A DNA stretch of 64,000 nt from Camelus ferus (taxonomy: Eukaryota). This document shows, one piece after another, positions 1 through 14,359 of this stretch. Position numbers and translations under genes: made by a program. Below the pieces are notes generated by a model. That model searched no databases. It had not been told where the DNA came from and saw only the letters and a list, made by a program, of their open reading frames with translations. The first letter of the stretch is position 1. Every line of letters starts with the position of its first letter. The stretch is from assembly GCF_009834535.1 (NCBI RefSeq), contig NC_045696.1:20648001-20712000 (forward strand), read 5' to 3'.

Positions 1-449
1 ATAACAGTTATATATATATCAGACAAAATGAAAGGGCCATATAATTTTTACTAAAACCTGCATCAGATACCACTGAAATATGTTAATCTCTAATGATTCA
101 TCTTTGAAGTAGTTTAGAAAGGATGACTCTATTAAGCTATAATGAATTTGAATTACAACACATTTTATAATGTATATCTACTTGTAGAAAAGTTTACAAA
201 ACAGAAAATATTAAGGAAGTCATCCTAACAAACTGAAGAGATGATTTTAGGCAACAACCAGACATTTACTTAGGTGTGATTCAAAAAACTAATTAAATAG
301 AAATTTGTTTTATCTTTCAAAAAAATAAACTAACTCCTGTGTAATTTTCTTTTTTATATTTTGAGTTGAGGATAGTACACAATGATCTCTGAGCTTTCAT
401 ATTTGGAAATGGTCCCGCCTTCCTGATAGTATCTTTTATGTTAACTTCT

Positions 450-599
450 TCTTCTTCTTCTTTTTTTTTTTTTTTTTTTTTTTTGGTGGGGGAGGTAATT
501 AGGTTCATTTCTTTATTTTTAGAGGAGGTACTGGGGATTGAACCCAAGACTTCATGCATGCTAAACATGCGCTCTACCACTTGAGCTATACCCTCCCCC
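450..599 (-). mobile_element. tRNA-Ala-derived SINE, Vic-1-like (camelid)
   Basis: Minus strand reads GGGGGAGGGTATAGCTCAAGTGGTAGAGCGCATG...GGGTTCAATCCCCAGTACCTCC (Pol III A- and B-box-like), then a short body, poly(A) and a (GAA)n tail. Exact 11-bp target-site duplication TGTTAACTTCT at 439-449 and 600-610. Confidence 0.9.
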
Positions 600-1725
600 T
601 GTTAACTTCTACAAGAGTAAAATAATGAGGAATTAAACAATACACACATTAAAAATCGCCTCCGTAGTAGAAATGATAATGCTTTGCAACTGATAAAAAT
701 TGGCAAGTCCATATGAGGAAAACATTATTCATAATTTTTGGTTAGCAGGTGGCTTTATATACATTATTCACTGATTCCTATATTCATTTTATCATTTGCT
801 CTCTTATTTCTCAATTCTTAATTCATTCCATAACACATTCATTTATCTTAAAATCTTCTTAAGCGCCTACTCTGTACTCTGTACTTAGCTCTATATGCAC
901 AGGCATTAAATATTTTGCTTCTGTGCAGCAATTCAGCAGGAAAAAACAGTATTGAAGGGGATGGTAATCAATCCCACCTACATCCACAAAAAAGAATTGG
1001 ACTCAATATTAATTTGGGAAGCTGTCGGTTTGAGATATGATAACCATTGCAGAAAATGCAGGAAAATAACATATAAATGAATATGAATGAGCAATAATGC
1101 TGAGTGAATAGACTATAAAAACGGACACATTTTTCACCAGCATTTTTATTTTTATGGAAATACTAAATGCCTTGTGTTTGAATATATTTGATATGGAGAG
1201 AATATAGAGCAAATAATTCACCTAGAAATTGCAAATACAAATAACAAAATAAGCAATAAAACATTCATATAAAATGTTTTTATATATTGAAATATTATTT
1301 TAAAATAAAAACAACTTTTTTAAAGTTTAATTTTGTTTTCAGAAATGGTTTTAGATAGACTTACAAGTAGTGAGTTCAAAAAAACTAAGAAAAGGCACAT
1401 AACTGCAAATTACTAAATTGAAATGGAAAATTAAATTTCTTAATGTTGAATTTAAATGTGACAATAATCTCTTATGTCATGGTCATTATGTTAACTTTGT
1501 AGAATTTTAAGATATTAAGTTTCTTTTTCCAACCTCTTACTCTATTAAGTTCTAGTTCACCAGCCACTCTTGATAACTGTTTTGATGATTTGTATTCTTT
1601 CTCTGCAAAAACTGAGCCATCATTTAGCAGTTGATATCCGTGATAAAATGTCACTTTCATTTAAATGTTAGTTTCTTCTTTCACATTGAGGTTGAAACTA
1701 TGTTGGGAGAAGAGTTCTTTATCAC

Positions 1726-2167
1726 CATAAGGAGCTGAATTGTGTCCTTCAAAAATTCAGTCGTTGAAGTCCTATACTTCAGAATGTGACCTTATTTGGG
1801 AATAAGGCTGTTGCAAATATGGTTAGTTAAGTGAAGATGAGGTCATACAGGAGCACAGTGGGCTTCAATACAGCATACATGGTGTCCTTATAAAAAGGAG
1901 AAGTCAGCCTTCACACAGTTGCCATGTGAAGATGAAGGCAGAGATCAACTCGATGTAGCAGAAGTAAGAGTATCAAAGACTGTCAGAAAACCACCTGAAG
2001 CTAAGAGGCACGGAACAAATTTTTCCTCACAGCCTTCAGAAGGAACTAACCCTGGCAACATCTTGATCTCAGATTTTTATCTCTACAATAGTGAGAAAAT
2101 AAATTTCTGTTACTTAAGTCACTCATTTTGCAATACTTTGATATGGCAGCCCTAACAAAGTAATACA
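1726..2167 (+). mobile_element. MaLR solo LTR (MLT1B/MLT1C-like)
   Basis: Typical MLT1 motifs: gctgaattgtgtcc, cagaatgtgaccttatttggg, gccatgtgaagatgaaggcagag, cagccttcagaaggaactaaccctg, aataaatttctgtt, ending ggcagccctaacaaagtaataca. Near-TSD atcac/ataac. Confidence 0.85.
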
Positions 2168-2544
2168 ATAACTATGCCTTACAATCACTTAACAGATACC
2201 ATCTTTCTATTTAGTCACTTACAGAAATGTCATTTTAAAGATCAGAATTTAATCAACTAACCTCATCATTTTTATTTTAACAGTGTGTTAGTTTATTAAA
2301 CATCTGTCCCAAATGCTCATTTTCAATATTGTAGATCATCGTGTATAAATATAACATGTAGCAAAAGAATTAAACTAAATGTTTCATTTATTTTTCTATT
2401 ATAGCCAACCTACATGCCAGGACTTTTCTTGACTAAAACCCTTTTATTTTTCCCCTAAATTAAGCAGTTATTGTCTTAAAGTATACTTAAAATCTGTTAA
2501 CTTCATGTATTTATTTTCCATAGAGAAATGGTCAATTTAAGCAA

Positions 2545-3915
2545 ACAGAACCTAAACAGACTTTATACCCTCCACAAAAATAAACTGAAAATAGATTATA
2601 GATAGACCTAACTGTAAAACACAAAACTACAACACTCCTAGAAAATAACATAGGAAAAAAACGTGAAAATTTTTGGGCGTGATGATGACTTTTAGTTACA
2701 ACCTCAAAAGCATTGTCCATGAATTAAAGAATTGATAAGTTGGACTTCATTTAAAATGAAAATTTTCTGATCCGGGGAAGACAATGCAAAGAGAATTAGA
2801 AGACAAACCACATACAGCAAGAAAATGTATTCAAAGACATATATAGTAAAGGACTGTTACCCAAAATATACAAAGAATTCTTTAAAAAACAACCTTATTA
2901 AAAACTGGGCAAAGACATGAACAGACAGTTCATCAGGGATGATATGCATACATATGCCATACATATATGACAACTAAACATATGAAAATATATCTCACAT
3001 CATGTCACTGAGATATGCAAATTTTAAACAATGAGATACCACTACACACCTATTAAAATAGCCAAAATCCAGAACGTTGACAACATCAAAAGCTGGTAAG
3101 GATATGGAGCAACAAAAACTCTCATTCACTGCTGGTGAGGATTTAAAGTGGTACAGTCAGACAGTTTGGAAGTCTTGTAAAACTAAATATGCTTTTAACT
3201 ATATAGTCCAGCAACTGCATTCTGTAATATTTACACAAAGGAGTTGAAACTTGAAACACACAAAAATCTACACACAGATGAGTGTGGCAGCCTTACTCGT
3301 AATTGCTAAAACTTAGAAGTAAGGGAGATATTCTTCAATGGTGACTGGAGAAATGAACTGTGGCACATCTAGACACCAGATTATTATTCAGTGCTAAAAA
3401 TAAATTAGTTATCAAGACACACAAAGACACAGTTAGAAACTTAACTGTATGTTACTAAGTGAAAGAAGCAAATTTGAAAAGTCTACATATTGTGTGAGTC
3501 TAACTCTGGCATTCTGAAAATGGCAAAACTATGAAGACAATAAAAAGATCAGTGGTTGCCAAGGGGTGGGGGGAGAGAGAGATTAATAGACAGAGCACAG
3601 AGCATTTAAGGCTGTGAAACTGTTCTGTATGATACTGTAATAATGGAAACATGCCATTATTCATTTATCAAAACCCACAGAATACACAACACCAAAGGTG
3701 AACCCTAATGTAAACTACTGACTTTAGGTGATGAAGATGTGTTAGTGTAGGTTCGTGTATTGTAACAAATGTACCACTCTGGTGCAAAATGTTGACAGTG
3801 GGGGAGGCTGCATGTGTATGTGAAGAGGGAAACAGAAAGTATATGAGAATTCTCTGTACATTCTGCTCAGATTTTCTGTGAACCTAAAACTTCTCTAAAA
3901 TTGGAGTCTATTTTA
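2545..3915 (+). mobile_element. 5'-truncated old L1 (L1MC-like), end of ORF2 plus 3' UTR
   Basis: ORF2 C-terminal remnants (ctcctagaaaataacatagg, aatgagataccactacacacc) and L1MC-type 3' UTR (gtgaaccctaatgtaaacta, tgtaacaaatgtaccactctgg, ctgtgaacctaaaact). Confidence 0.85.
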
Positions 3916-4428
3916 AAGGAAGAAAAAATACACATGCATGTGTATGTACACACACATATTTAGGTATATTCAAAATTAAAGTTTTGAAATTTGTAGGTAC
4001 CATTATGACAGTTATTTTTCTTATACATGGTTTATAGCTAATAATAATTTTGTTGTCTAGTTTTTGTAACTAAAGCAGTTAGCTATATATTGATATATTT
4101 CAGTCTGTCTAATTATAAAGGAATTTGTTATTTTATAGTTTCAAATAACCCTTCTGTGTAAGTTCTAACCAAACTCTAAACTTTTTTGTTGTTGAAGTCT
4201 TCAAAGTAAACAGTAAAATATTCATCTAATGCATTTGTCTTTCTGTAATATCTTTTCTCCATGATGTTCTGCTTGAGATAAAAGAAAGATCCTCCCGATT
4301 TTGAAGGTAAAATGCATCTTGAAAACTCATATTTTTAAAACAATGGACTTCAGGCTGCTGTAGTAATAGAATTCTTATTTTCATGTAATACTACAATGGT
4401 TTTAGCTTTTTGAATTAGTAATAAATAC

Positions 4429-4430
<2 letters not shown>

Positions 4431-4477
<47 letters not shown>

Positions 4478-4494
4478 TAGATAGATAGATAGAT
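4431..4494. repeat. Compound microsatellite (AG)~21(ATAG)n
   Basis: Directly visible. Confidence 0.97.
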
Positions 4495-5995
4495 AAAAAT
4501 GAAGCATGGACCAATACACACATGGCTCATTTCACACCTGTAAATTTCTGTTTAGATGATAAAATGGAAGATTTATAATTAGATTATCAGTATAAAACTA
4601 AACATTAAATCACTGCAAATAGAAAAGCCTAAAATATATTTAAGAAACATGTATGTCTACTTTGTAAATCATCCTTTTTACAAACTGTTGAAAAAGTACA
4701 GTTTGCAAAACTTAATAAGTTTTGAAAAAGTTATATATACAGTATGTGTCCACCACTGTTCTAGAAAACAGGTTTACATCAGAGAACAAAAGAGAGATTC
4801 TCAAACTCACAGAGTTTACATTATTGCAGGAGGACATAAAATAATATTAAACATGGTGATTCACTAAATTTTACAGTATGCTACAAGGTGATATGTGTTA
4901 TATCTATGAGGTTCTTACATCTTCACTTCTCCAGCATTTTATGCCTAGAGTTGGCTGAAAAAAACAACTGTATTCCAACGGACAATGCACACATTCCTTT
5001 CATCAACTGGAAGTTCTTTTTCTAATGGACCATTTCAAATGATCAAAACAACAGAAAATTCACTTGCAAACACAACTGAATTATCTGAGTTACTTTTAAA
5101 AGGCGGTATTGGTTTTCCAGTCTCAAGAGCATCAGTTAAAGATACTATACTGTATGAGACAGCGTGACTGTGAAACTAGGAGAATTTCGCTATTTCACTG
5201 CGTGGCATTCTATATTCAACCTCAGATAAACTTTAATAAAACACTATTGCCAGAGAGTATTTTAATGTAATGGGATTATTTTCCTATTTCCTTGTCCCTG
5301 TCTATATTAAGAATCTTTTCTATATGACATGCATATGTTTGAATGGAGTTTGTGGAAGGTAGGAAAGAATAGAGTGAAAATGAACCAGTATATCCTAATA
5401 GTGCTTGATCTCTCTTCTCACTGCTGTGAGGCTTTAAGATACTTCAGGTTACCCACATTGCCATTATCTAGAGACAATAAGACTTTTTTATACAAAGTTG
5501 AAATATCAGCACTTAATCACATTCATCAGAAGAGTTCAGTAATGACAATCTCATGCTATACAAATAATGTCACTCAATAATTAGTAACTGAAATTGATGC
5601 TATAATGTAAATAGTAGGATTAGCTCCTCATTTAAAATGTACAAAGTAGATCAGCAACCCTAAAAATAATCACAATCTTCACTCATATTGCTAGTTTGAA
5701 AATACATATTTTTAATTTATTATAAACATAAATAATGAATTAGTCAATGTAAATGAGTATTTCATTACTGGCACAGAGTTGCACCACATTGTAAAGGAAG
5801 ATATTTTCATTAGGGCTTAGCCTTCAGATGGTTCTTGTTATTTATGCTTCCCTTAAAAATATAATAAAATATCTAGGGATTTTTGCATACTAATTTAGAG
5901 GTACCTCCAGTCATATTATTTACCTTCTTCAGGTATTTTGTGCTATATTTAAATGGAATTTTTCTCTTTCTTAATACAGTACTTGAGTTTTCCTC

Positions 5996-6551
5996 TGTGG
6001 TGGACAGAATATAAGACCATTCCATATGTTTCCCACCTACTGATATTCAAATCTTTGTGTAGACCACTTCTCTAGAGCACTGTTCTAGATCTGTGACTTG
6101 CTTCTGACCAATATGATACAGCAAAGGTGACAGAATGTCACTCCTGCGATTGTATTTCATTGTATAAGATTCTCACTCCCTTGCTGGAATTTAAGAAGCA
6201 AAGTACCACGTTGTAAATGGCCTGCGGAGAAGGCCATATGGCAGGGAACTTCAAAAGGCAGCAATTTGCTGAGGTCAGCCTCCATTTGACAGCCTGCATG
6301 GATCCCAGGCCTATAGTCAAGAAAACAAAACCTGTCAACAGTCTACGAGCTTGGAATTGGTTTATTCCCTAGTGGACCTCATAATGAGGACACAGCCAGG
6401 ATGAACCCTTGATTGCAGATTCTGAGACTGTGAACAAAGGACTGAGTTAATGCCCTGTCCAGATTCCTAAAGCACAGAAATGGAGATTAAATTTGTGCTC
6501 TTTCAAGTCACTAAATTTGTCTTATTTGTCATAAAACATGTTATTTATACA
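5996..6551 (+). mobile_element. MaLR solo LTR (MLT1E/MLT1F-like)
   Basis: Starts tgtggtggacagaat; contains ctgtgacttgcttctgaccaat, gcaaaggtgacagaatgtcactcc, ggccatatggcagggaact and accttgattgcag...tgagactgtga. Confidence 0.75.
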
Positions 6552-9500
6552 TTTCCTTACATTACATTATTTATGCTGATCCCACTATGTTACTGTTCTG
6601 TCTGATCTATACAAGTCAAAAATCTAAATCAAATAATACAGTCTACATTAAGTCTTTGTTGACTTTTCCTAATGTAAACAAAAACTATTTTTTGAAATCC
6701 CTATAATATTTAACTTACTATGAGAATTCAATAAAATTTGTATTACCCATAAAATTCCACAGCTGGTGCTAGATACTGGTAATAAAATCATACTCCTCCT
6801 CTTTAAAGATCTCAAAAAGTATTACAAATACAGTGATATTTTCCAACTTGTTAATAATTTTATTTATGATAAAACTTTCTCACATATTTTCAATTTAAGT
6901 GTCAATATATTAATATTCATTTTTGTCCCTTAAAACAAATGTTTCTCACTTTGGCATGTATCTTGTTTGTTTTCATATGATTTATATCCCTAATAGGAAA
7001 CACATGCATAAGGTAATGAGCATACAATTTTCAGAGGATCAGATCATCCATTTCTATGAGTTTGATGTTAAGAACTGTAACTATCTTACAAAAAGAGTAT
7101 AAGTAAATTATTGCTTTTCTTACAAGTAAGATTATACCAAGTACATTAGTCTAAGGTGAAAAAAATTAAAGACTAACTTTCAGTTAGAGTTAGTTCATTT
7201 TTATACTCCATCAAGTTACATGATATAAAAGACAAAATGCTTTTGCTATATAATAAACTGTAAAGACAGCTTGTTTCACATGATTTTGCAAACACATAAG
7301 AAAAACTTCAAGTGTATATATAATAACTGAAGTACTAAAAGTTCAAGCCAGGATATATAACTTTAAAATTAAAAGAAAAATGCTTTCTTATAGGTGACAA
7401 ATTCATAGAACTGTTCAGAAGACATTTAGAGCTCTCAGAATTGATGGTAAATTTTGAAAGTATTAAGTTTATAAACATAGGGTTTGGTTTAGAAGTAAAT
7501 GGTTTTTTAAGCATTTATTTAATATGCTTAAAATATATCCAGTGCCATTTTAATGTTTTTTATCTCCTTAATATTTTTACTTGGAGATATAGATTTGTTC
7601 AATACAATATTACAATATATATTAGCACATTTTATGAATGTGACTTTATGACTGGGAAAAGCTTTATTTCATAAAAGTGTATAAAGGTGTATGTGTGTAT
7701 ACAAGACCATACATTATTAAAATATATTTACAAAATGGGATCATAATATGCACACTAGTTTACATCTTGTTTTTTCACTTCAATATGTGTGTCTGTATAA
7801 AGACATATATAAACAAATACATATAAAAATACATATGTTCAAATATCTATATACATATACATACCATACATATTTATACAATACACATACATAAAATTTT
7901 TCCATGTCCACATATAGGTCTATCTCATTCTTTTAAACAACATAATTGTATTCTGTATTATGAAAATACAGTTACCAATTGATCAAAATTTTTGATATTT
8001 TCAGAATTCTGCTGAATACATAAGCACAAATCATTCTAGTTTCAGGCTAATAAGCATGTATATCTACAATGCAAACAAATAAGTGAATTTTCTAGGTCAA
8101 AGGCATCAGAGTATATAATTTGCATAAATATAATCAAATTTTACTCCAAAAAAAGTTGAAACTAATTAATCTTTTATTTTGGTCCAAAGGATTCACAGTC
8201 CACAAAATACCTAACTTCCACTACTTAGAACTCAAAGCCAGCACTCCCAACAGACACTGGACATTGAATGTTGACACTAGACTAACTACCAGCTTCAATT
8301 CTGCAAATGAGACTTGGCTCTGGACACAGAATTCATCTGCATGACCCTGGCTCCTTGAAATCATTCTGTTTTTATTCAAAATCTGGACTGAGTATATCTG
8401 TTTGACAAACCATTGCCACGGTGTAAATGAAGTTAGTAAAGTGAATATCTACCACAATTGGCTTCATCTGTAATTACATCACAGTGTTGCATATGCCCAA
8501 AATAGTTTTTTTAGAAGTGCAAATGTCCATTTTATATATATCTCTTCATCTATCATCTACCTATCTAGATAATTTGAGACTTGCTCCAGTATGTAAGATG
8601 TAGATATAGATATAGTCAGAGGCATGTAAAATATTTGAAAGAACTTGTGAGAAGAACTAAGAAATGTGTGCCATTTACAGATATAGAAGTAGGAAAAGCA
8701 AGGCACGTCTGGGAGACAACAAGTTTAATTTTGTATATGTACACCAAAAACAAGTGTAAATACACATATGAATTTGAATTAACTTCATGGATACAAAATT
8801 CACAAAAGATAAAAGATCCAAAAGTTGATTTTTGATTCGTAAGAATTATGTTGTAGTTACCATCAGGAAAGTGAAGTAGGATGGGTATTGTGGATATCAA
8901 TTGACTAATGATGGAAACTTGAAAACTACAGCATTTGAAAAAAGTGTAAAAGAGAATAATGTATCAAAAATGTATTACACATATCAAGTGAAGGGAGGTT
9001 AGGATACCTGGAAAGGAAGTAGACACTTTAAAGAAAGTTAAAAAAAATGGCTAATAGTATTTTTTAAATTCTCAGAAAAGTACAATTATATAAAGACAGG
9101 AAAATCTCTATTTTTATGTTGCTATTGGTATGATATTGGATATATTTGCAAGAGCAGTTTAACAGAAAAAAAAGGCAAAAAAACCAATGTACTGAACAGT
9201 CGCTGTAACTGTTCAGCAACTGTCAGATTGCTGTATAGAGAGGAAGTAGAGGGGCAAGTATAAAGTAGTCTTTCTAGAAGTGTGCATGTGAGGATAAACA
9301 GGGAGGCAGACAGGGTGCCAGACTAAGGAGAGAGCAGCTTATCTGTTTGGATGTATGTATTTTGAAAAGTGATACTCTTGCATATTTATATGACTAAAGT
9401 GTCCAGATAGAGAATGAAGTTCAAGACACAGATGGATGTGGACTGACATTTGGAGGAAGGTCCTGTTAGAAACAGAAAGAGAAAGTGCTTCAGGTATATA

Positions 9501-10799
9501 TAAAAGATGACAAGAAGCGTCATAATTTTTAAAAAATAAAATCATTAAATATATTTTTTTGAAAAAGTACACACTTTTTGAGTTGAGGATGAGGGTAAAA
9601 AATGGACATTCTTCCAGGGAGAAAGGCATGGCTGCCTTGAGATATACATAAAACCAATCTAGGTCATCTAGGTTTGTTTCATATTTTTATTTCTTTGGGC
9701 ATAAAATCCTCTGCATTTACTCTTTTCCAGCTTTTCCTTCTAAAACAAAAATTCCTATTTATTTTATAAAATAGCAATGAGACACACTTTCCTCTGAAAA
9801 AATTTCCCCCATATTCTCAACTCTTCAAATAAAATGAATCTCACCTCTTATTCATTCTCCCTTTCTCTGTCTGTTTCCCTCTTTACCAACATATGCATAC
9901 ATTTTAGTAAATGTAACTGTCCAGGTTCTAAACTAATTGAGAAATAAAGCAAAATTAAAAAAATTGGTTGACTCTCCATTCCCCTGCAGCCTAAGTTGCA
10001 GAAATAATCTAAGGTATTACCTTTATTACTGTTAAGTATTATCTAATTTGTCTATGTAGTTCATTATAAAATAAAGATTTTTTTTTCCCTAGGAAAGACA
10101 ACACTGGACCCAGATGGACTTCAACCTCTCTACTCTTCAATTCCCAACATCTCAGAAGGAGAATTTTCCTGAAAGGATCAGCAGAATGTATTTTCTCTGC
10201 AAATAGCTTGCTCCCAAGAATAAAAGTACATCAAGGAATGTCAGCTTCACATACTCTGCAGAGCCATCCATCTGGCCTTCAAGTCATTGCCAAAGCCTCC
10301 ATGACCTGGGGAGCAGGTCCCTTTTCTACAGCAGACCAAGATCAAGATCCATAGTATGCCAAAGCTCAGTCACCTCTCTACAGGACAGCAATCCAAAGCA
10401 GGGTAAAGAGTCTTCTAAGAACACCCAAGGTCAAAGTGTAACACCTTTATGTTGAATTTTGTTCTTTATAGGTAGATGCTTAGTAGATGGTGAGCTGTGA
10501 TTGCATTATCCCTATGGTTTCTCCTCTTGTTGCCTAACTTCTCATCAGTAAATAAAAAAAGTAGTTTATCAACCAAGAGTGGGATAAGAGAGGAGCTCTT
10601 GGTTGTTTGATGACAGCAAAGAATATTGAGGGAAAAAAGGTAAGCTACCAGCAATCATGTTTCCTGTTTAATTTTTAACATTTCCCTGCAATCTGTTAAA
10701 TGTTGGTCTCTCCCCATAAAAGAAAGGACCTTGCACCTTCATAAATCTTGTAGCATAGAAAAGTACAATGCTGAGCAGTGTTCTTTCAGACTTGTTTTA

Positions 10800-11285
10800 A
10801 AAATATATTAAAGTAGTGCTTTAGGCAGAAGAAACATGGTCCCAGAGGCAAACACAGAAATGTAGAAATAAATGAAAAGCAACAGGGATGCTAACTATAC
10901 AATTCAATTAAATTAATATTTACTTAAGATTAAAATAATGTTTTATAACAGTTTAATTATATAGAGGAACAGAATTAATTAAAACAATCACATAATGATG
11001 AGAGAGTGATAATATTATCTGAAAAGTGGTAAAATTTCTCATCTAAATTCACATTGAGAGGGTAAAACTCAAAGAGTAAAGTGTGTACATCAGTACTAAC
11101 AGAGGGGAAATCAAAATTTAAAACAAAATCTTGACTAATCCCAAAGGAGCTACTATAGAAGAGAAAGAATGTAAAAAGTTGAGATAAACGGAAAATGTAA
11201 GACAGTAGACATAAATCCAAATATAAGAAAGATAACAATGTATTTCAATGAATTAAATATTCCAGTTAAAAGACAAAACTTGTCT
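10800..11285 (+). mobile_element. Ancient L1 fragment spanning the inter-ORF region and ORF2 start
   Basis: 11232-11285 translates as ITMYFNELNIPVKRQNLS, which resembles the L1 ORF2 endonuclease N-terminus (ITLNVNGLNSPIKRxRL). Confidence 0.55.
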
Positions 11286-12274
11286 GTCCCAGTTGTATCT
11301 TCAAATAAACCAGAAAACAGAACTAATAACAGAACTAATAAATTTTCCATTGTTTCTTACAAACATCTTTTTTCTTGTAATTTTCTGTTTACTCTTTTCT
11401 CTCTGGAGATTTCCCACACTGATGATAATAAGATTGATAGGGAGTTGTCAAAAAACACATGATATATTTTTAATGCTAAGTTATATGAATATTCAAAGAT
11501 TCTGAGTCAAAGCAGATTTTAGATAATCAGAATTCAATCATTTCATGCTATTCAGATTTAATCATTCCTGTCAGAAAAGAGATCATTTTCAAAATAAAGA
11601 TGGCCCATGTATGATACGAGCCAGGGTCATTCTTTTAGTTGCCCTGCACTTGAGATCCTGACCACATATTCCCTACTCATTATACACAAGTAATTGGCAC
11701 AAAATGACCCTAACACATTTCTGAGAATCTACTGTGAGCCTGAGAGAATCTTCAGTAGGCCATTCCTCAGCAAAACCAGATTTCAACCCTGTGTGTGGTT
11801 TATTCAATCAAGATTCTCTACCGTTTCTTTCTGTGGTTTATTTCATCAAGTTTCTCTACTTCTCTAAAGAACTGTCTTGAGTCATTTCCAGACTCTGATT
11901 TTCTTTTTGTCTCACTTACAAAGTTCCTTTATAAAAGCCTGTTAATTTTACCCTTAAAATTATTTTACCCACATACTTCCATTTTGTGGAATCAAAGTAC
12001 TTTGGTTCTTCTAAAAGTGATCTACTTGCTGACCTCCTCCCCCATCATCCTCTATCATTCATTTTGTTGCCAGAGTATTCTTACTTATGCCAGTTCTCTT
12101 TATCTCACCTATCTCATCTCATCTTGTCATCTGGAAAATAAATTCAAAAAATTCACTTTTCTTGAATATGGCTCCCTTCATAATCAGCTTCCAATCTGCT
12201 TTCCCATTTTCCTATTTTTACATTTCCCTATGCTCCTCCATGTTACCTATGATATTTGTGAACTGGTTGGACAA

Positions 12275-12648
12275 TATCTGATGCTGTAACGGGTTAACTC
12301 TCAAATATCAAAGGTTTAACACCCACACAGACTATGTCTCACTCATGTAACTGTCTGTCATGGATATTCACTAAATGGTATTCACCCAACATAAGCATCA
12401 CGCAGTCAGGATCTTTCCATTATGGGGTTCCACGTTTAATGGCTTTGAGTCTTTTGCTTCCAGCAAGAACATGGAGGAAGAAAGGAAGAGGATAGTATTA
12501 TGCAAGGGTCTGGAAACATTCTCCAGGCTGAACCTCAGTAACATGGACACACTCAACTGCCAAGGAGGCTGAAATGTAGGTTACTCTTACTGGGTACCAA
12601 GGAAGAATAAGAACGCTATTTCTGTGAACACACTGCCTTTGTACCACA
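12275..12648 (-). mobile_element. Old MaLR LTR (MLT1J/K/L-like)
   Basis: aacctcagtaacatggacacactcaactgccaaggaggctgaaatgtag...ccaaggaagaa...gtaccaca matches the reverse-strand pattern of old MLT1 LTRs. Confidence 0.65.
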
Positions 12649-14359
12649 ATGCCAAGTTCATATTTTCTCTCCATAAAATGCTCTTCTTCCTAAATCTTCC
12701 CCTGATATTCTCTACTATGATTCAAAATGCAATCTCTTCACTTGCATAAAACTTGATTCTAACAGGTTAATTTAAAATTTATTTTTATGTAAGTTGGATT
12801 AGTCTTTAGGTCAAGTACTGTATTTTAGTCAGTAGTTAATCCCATACATCATTTAGTATATTTACTTACATATGGTAGTTATAGAATGGAATTGCTTATT
12901 GAATTGATTAATTAATTATGAATTATTTTCCCTAAAAACAGAATTTTTTTCAGGCATATATGAGATCTTTGTTTCAGCTAATTATTTTTGTATGTTTTAA
13001 TGATAAAATAATTAGTAAAAATATAACAAATATTCAATCATCCTGAACAAAAATAATCTCTTAATTATACTATGTTTTTCTCTCACAAACGAATTGGCTA
13101 CTAAACATTTTATAAGCCACTAGAAAAAAAAATCACCATTCATTCTTGTTCCAGATTTTTAATTAGTTCTGCCACTTTTGTTTTCTTCAGTTAATTTAAC
13201 TCTCAACACATTGCAGCAATTATTGCTGTCTACTCAAGCACATTTGTAAAATTGCTATGTATTATGAATATTCATGCTGATACATAAAAGTTAAAGTAAA
13301 ATTGGCCAGCAAAGGACTTGTACCAGAACATTTACCATTAGACTGATGCCTCATACATAAAACATAATGATCAACTATCAGACACACACACACACACACA
13401 CAAGCACAATTTATGTGTGCACAGAAACAACTAAAATGTATGAATATAAACATGTCAATATTAACATAGCCATTCAAAGAGAGTTTCAAGAAGGTATTAT
13501 TTAGTTAGTGCCATGACACTAACTCTTAAATAAATGTTGTAAATCATCCCCTTAGATAGCTACATTTTCTACTGAATAATAGAATGCAAAGCATAGTAAA
13601 ATTGAGAAAACATTCATACAAATGAAAAAAATCTAAACAAAACTTGAAATGTGAGTCAGGATTTTGAAGACTCTATTGAAGATTTTAAATAATATTATTA
13701 AGGAAAAGCTCAATCAAGTCTGTTGCACAAAAATACTTAATTGATAGGAGAATCTTGGCATCTAGTTAATAAAATCAAACAAACACTCATTTTTCAAAGG
13801 TTAATTTCTAACAAGGTGTATAAATGGTTGGAAGAATAAAGTAATTTGATGTGTGTAATAATTCACTAGGACAATTAATAGCGATTGATTATAGTGTTAA
13901 ACTGGAAAATGCACGGTATGGAGTATCAGGCAAGAGAGTTTGAGAGTAAAATATACAGTCATACTTTAGGATGTTTTACGTATTTTTTATTTGTTTACTG
14001 ACCAGTAAGCATTTAAAAGTGAGTATCATTGAAAAAACATTAAATACAGAAATAAAATGATCATGTCTGTAGAAGACACAGGAGTCAGAAAAAAACTGAT
14101 GGTCTCTAAAATGGCAATATTACTAAATGTTCACAATAATAAATGTCAAATTGCTATCAGTAGGACATTGTCAGGCAGAAAATGGCATTATTAACTGAAA
14201 AGAATAATCGTGAGTCTATAACTCCAAAACTGGATACTAGGATTAGCACTAATATTTTTCACTGGACAGAAAATTGGGAATAAAGAACAGTTTCTAGTAG
14301 GAAAAGGGAAGATTAGCATTCTGTTAGTCTTGTTGAGATTACTGTAGATCATCAGCGGG

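Noticed and set aside
520..599. tRNA-Ala-like gene and the 87-aa ORF 317-580
   Set aside because: The tRNA-like head has a SINE body, poly(A) tail and TSD. The poly-K/E in the ORF is just the translated tail.
359..9593. 16-bp match TTTTTGAGTTGAGGAT at ~359 and ~9578
   Set aside because: A match of this length is expected by chance in 64 kb of AT-rich DNA, and the flanks do not align.
11795..12289. Longest ORF (164 aa, plus strand)
   Set aside because: Non-ATG start, L/F/S/I-rich composition typical of T-rich non-coding DNA, no recognisable domain.
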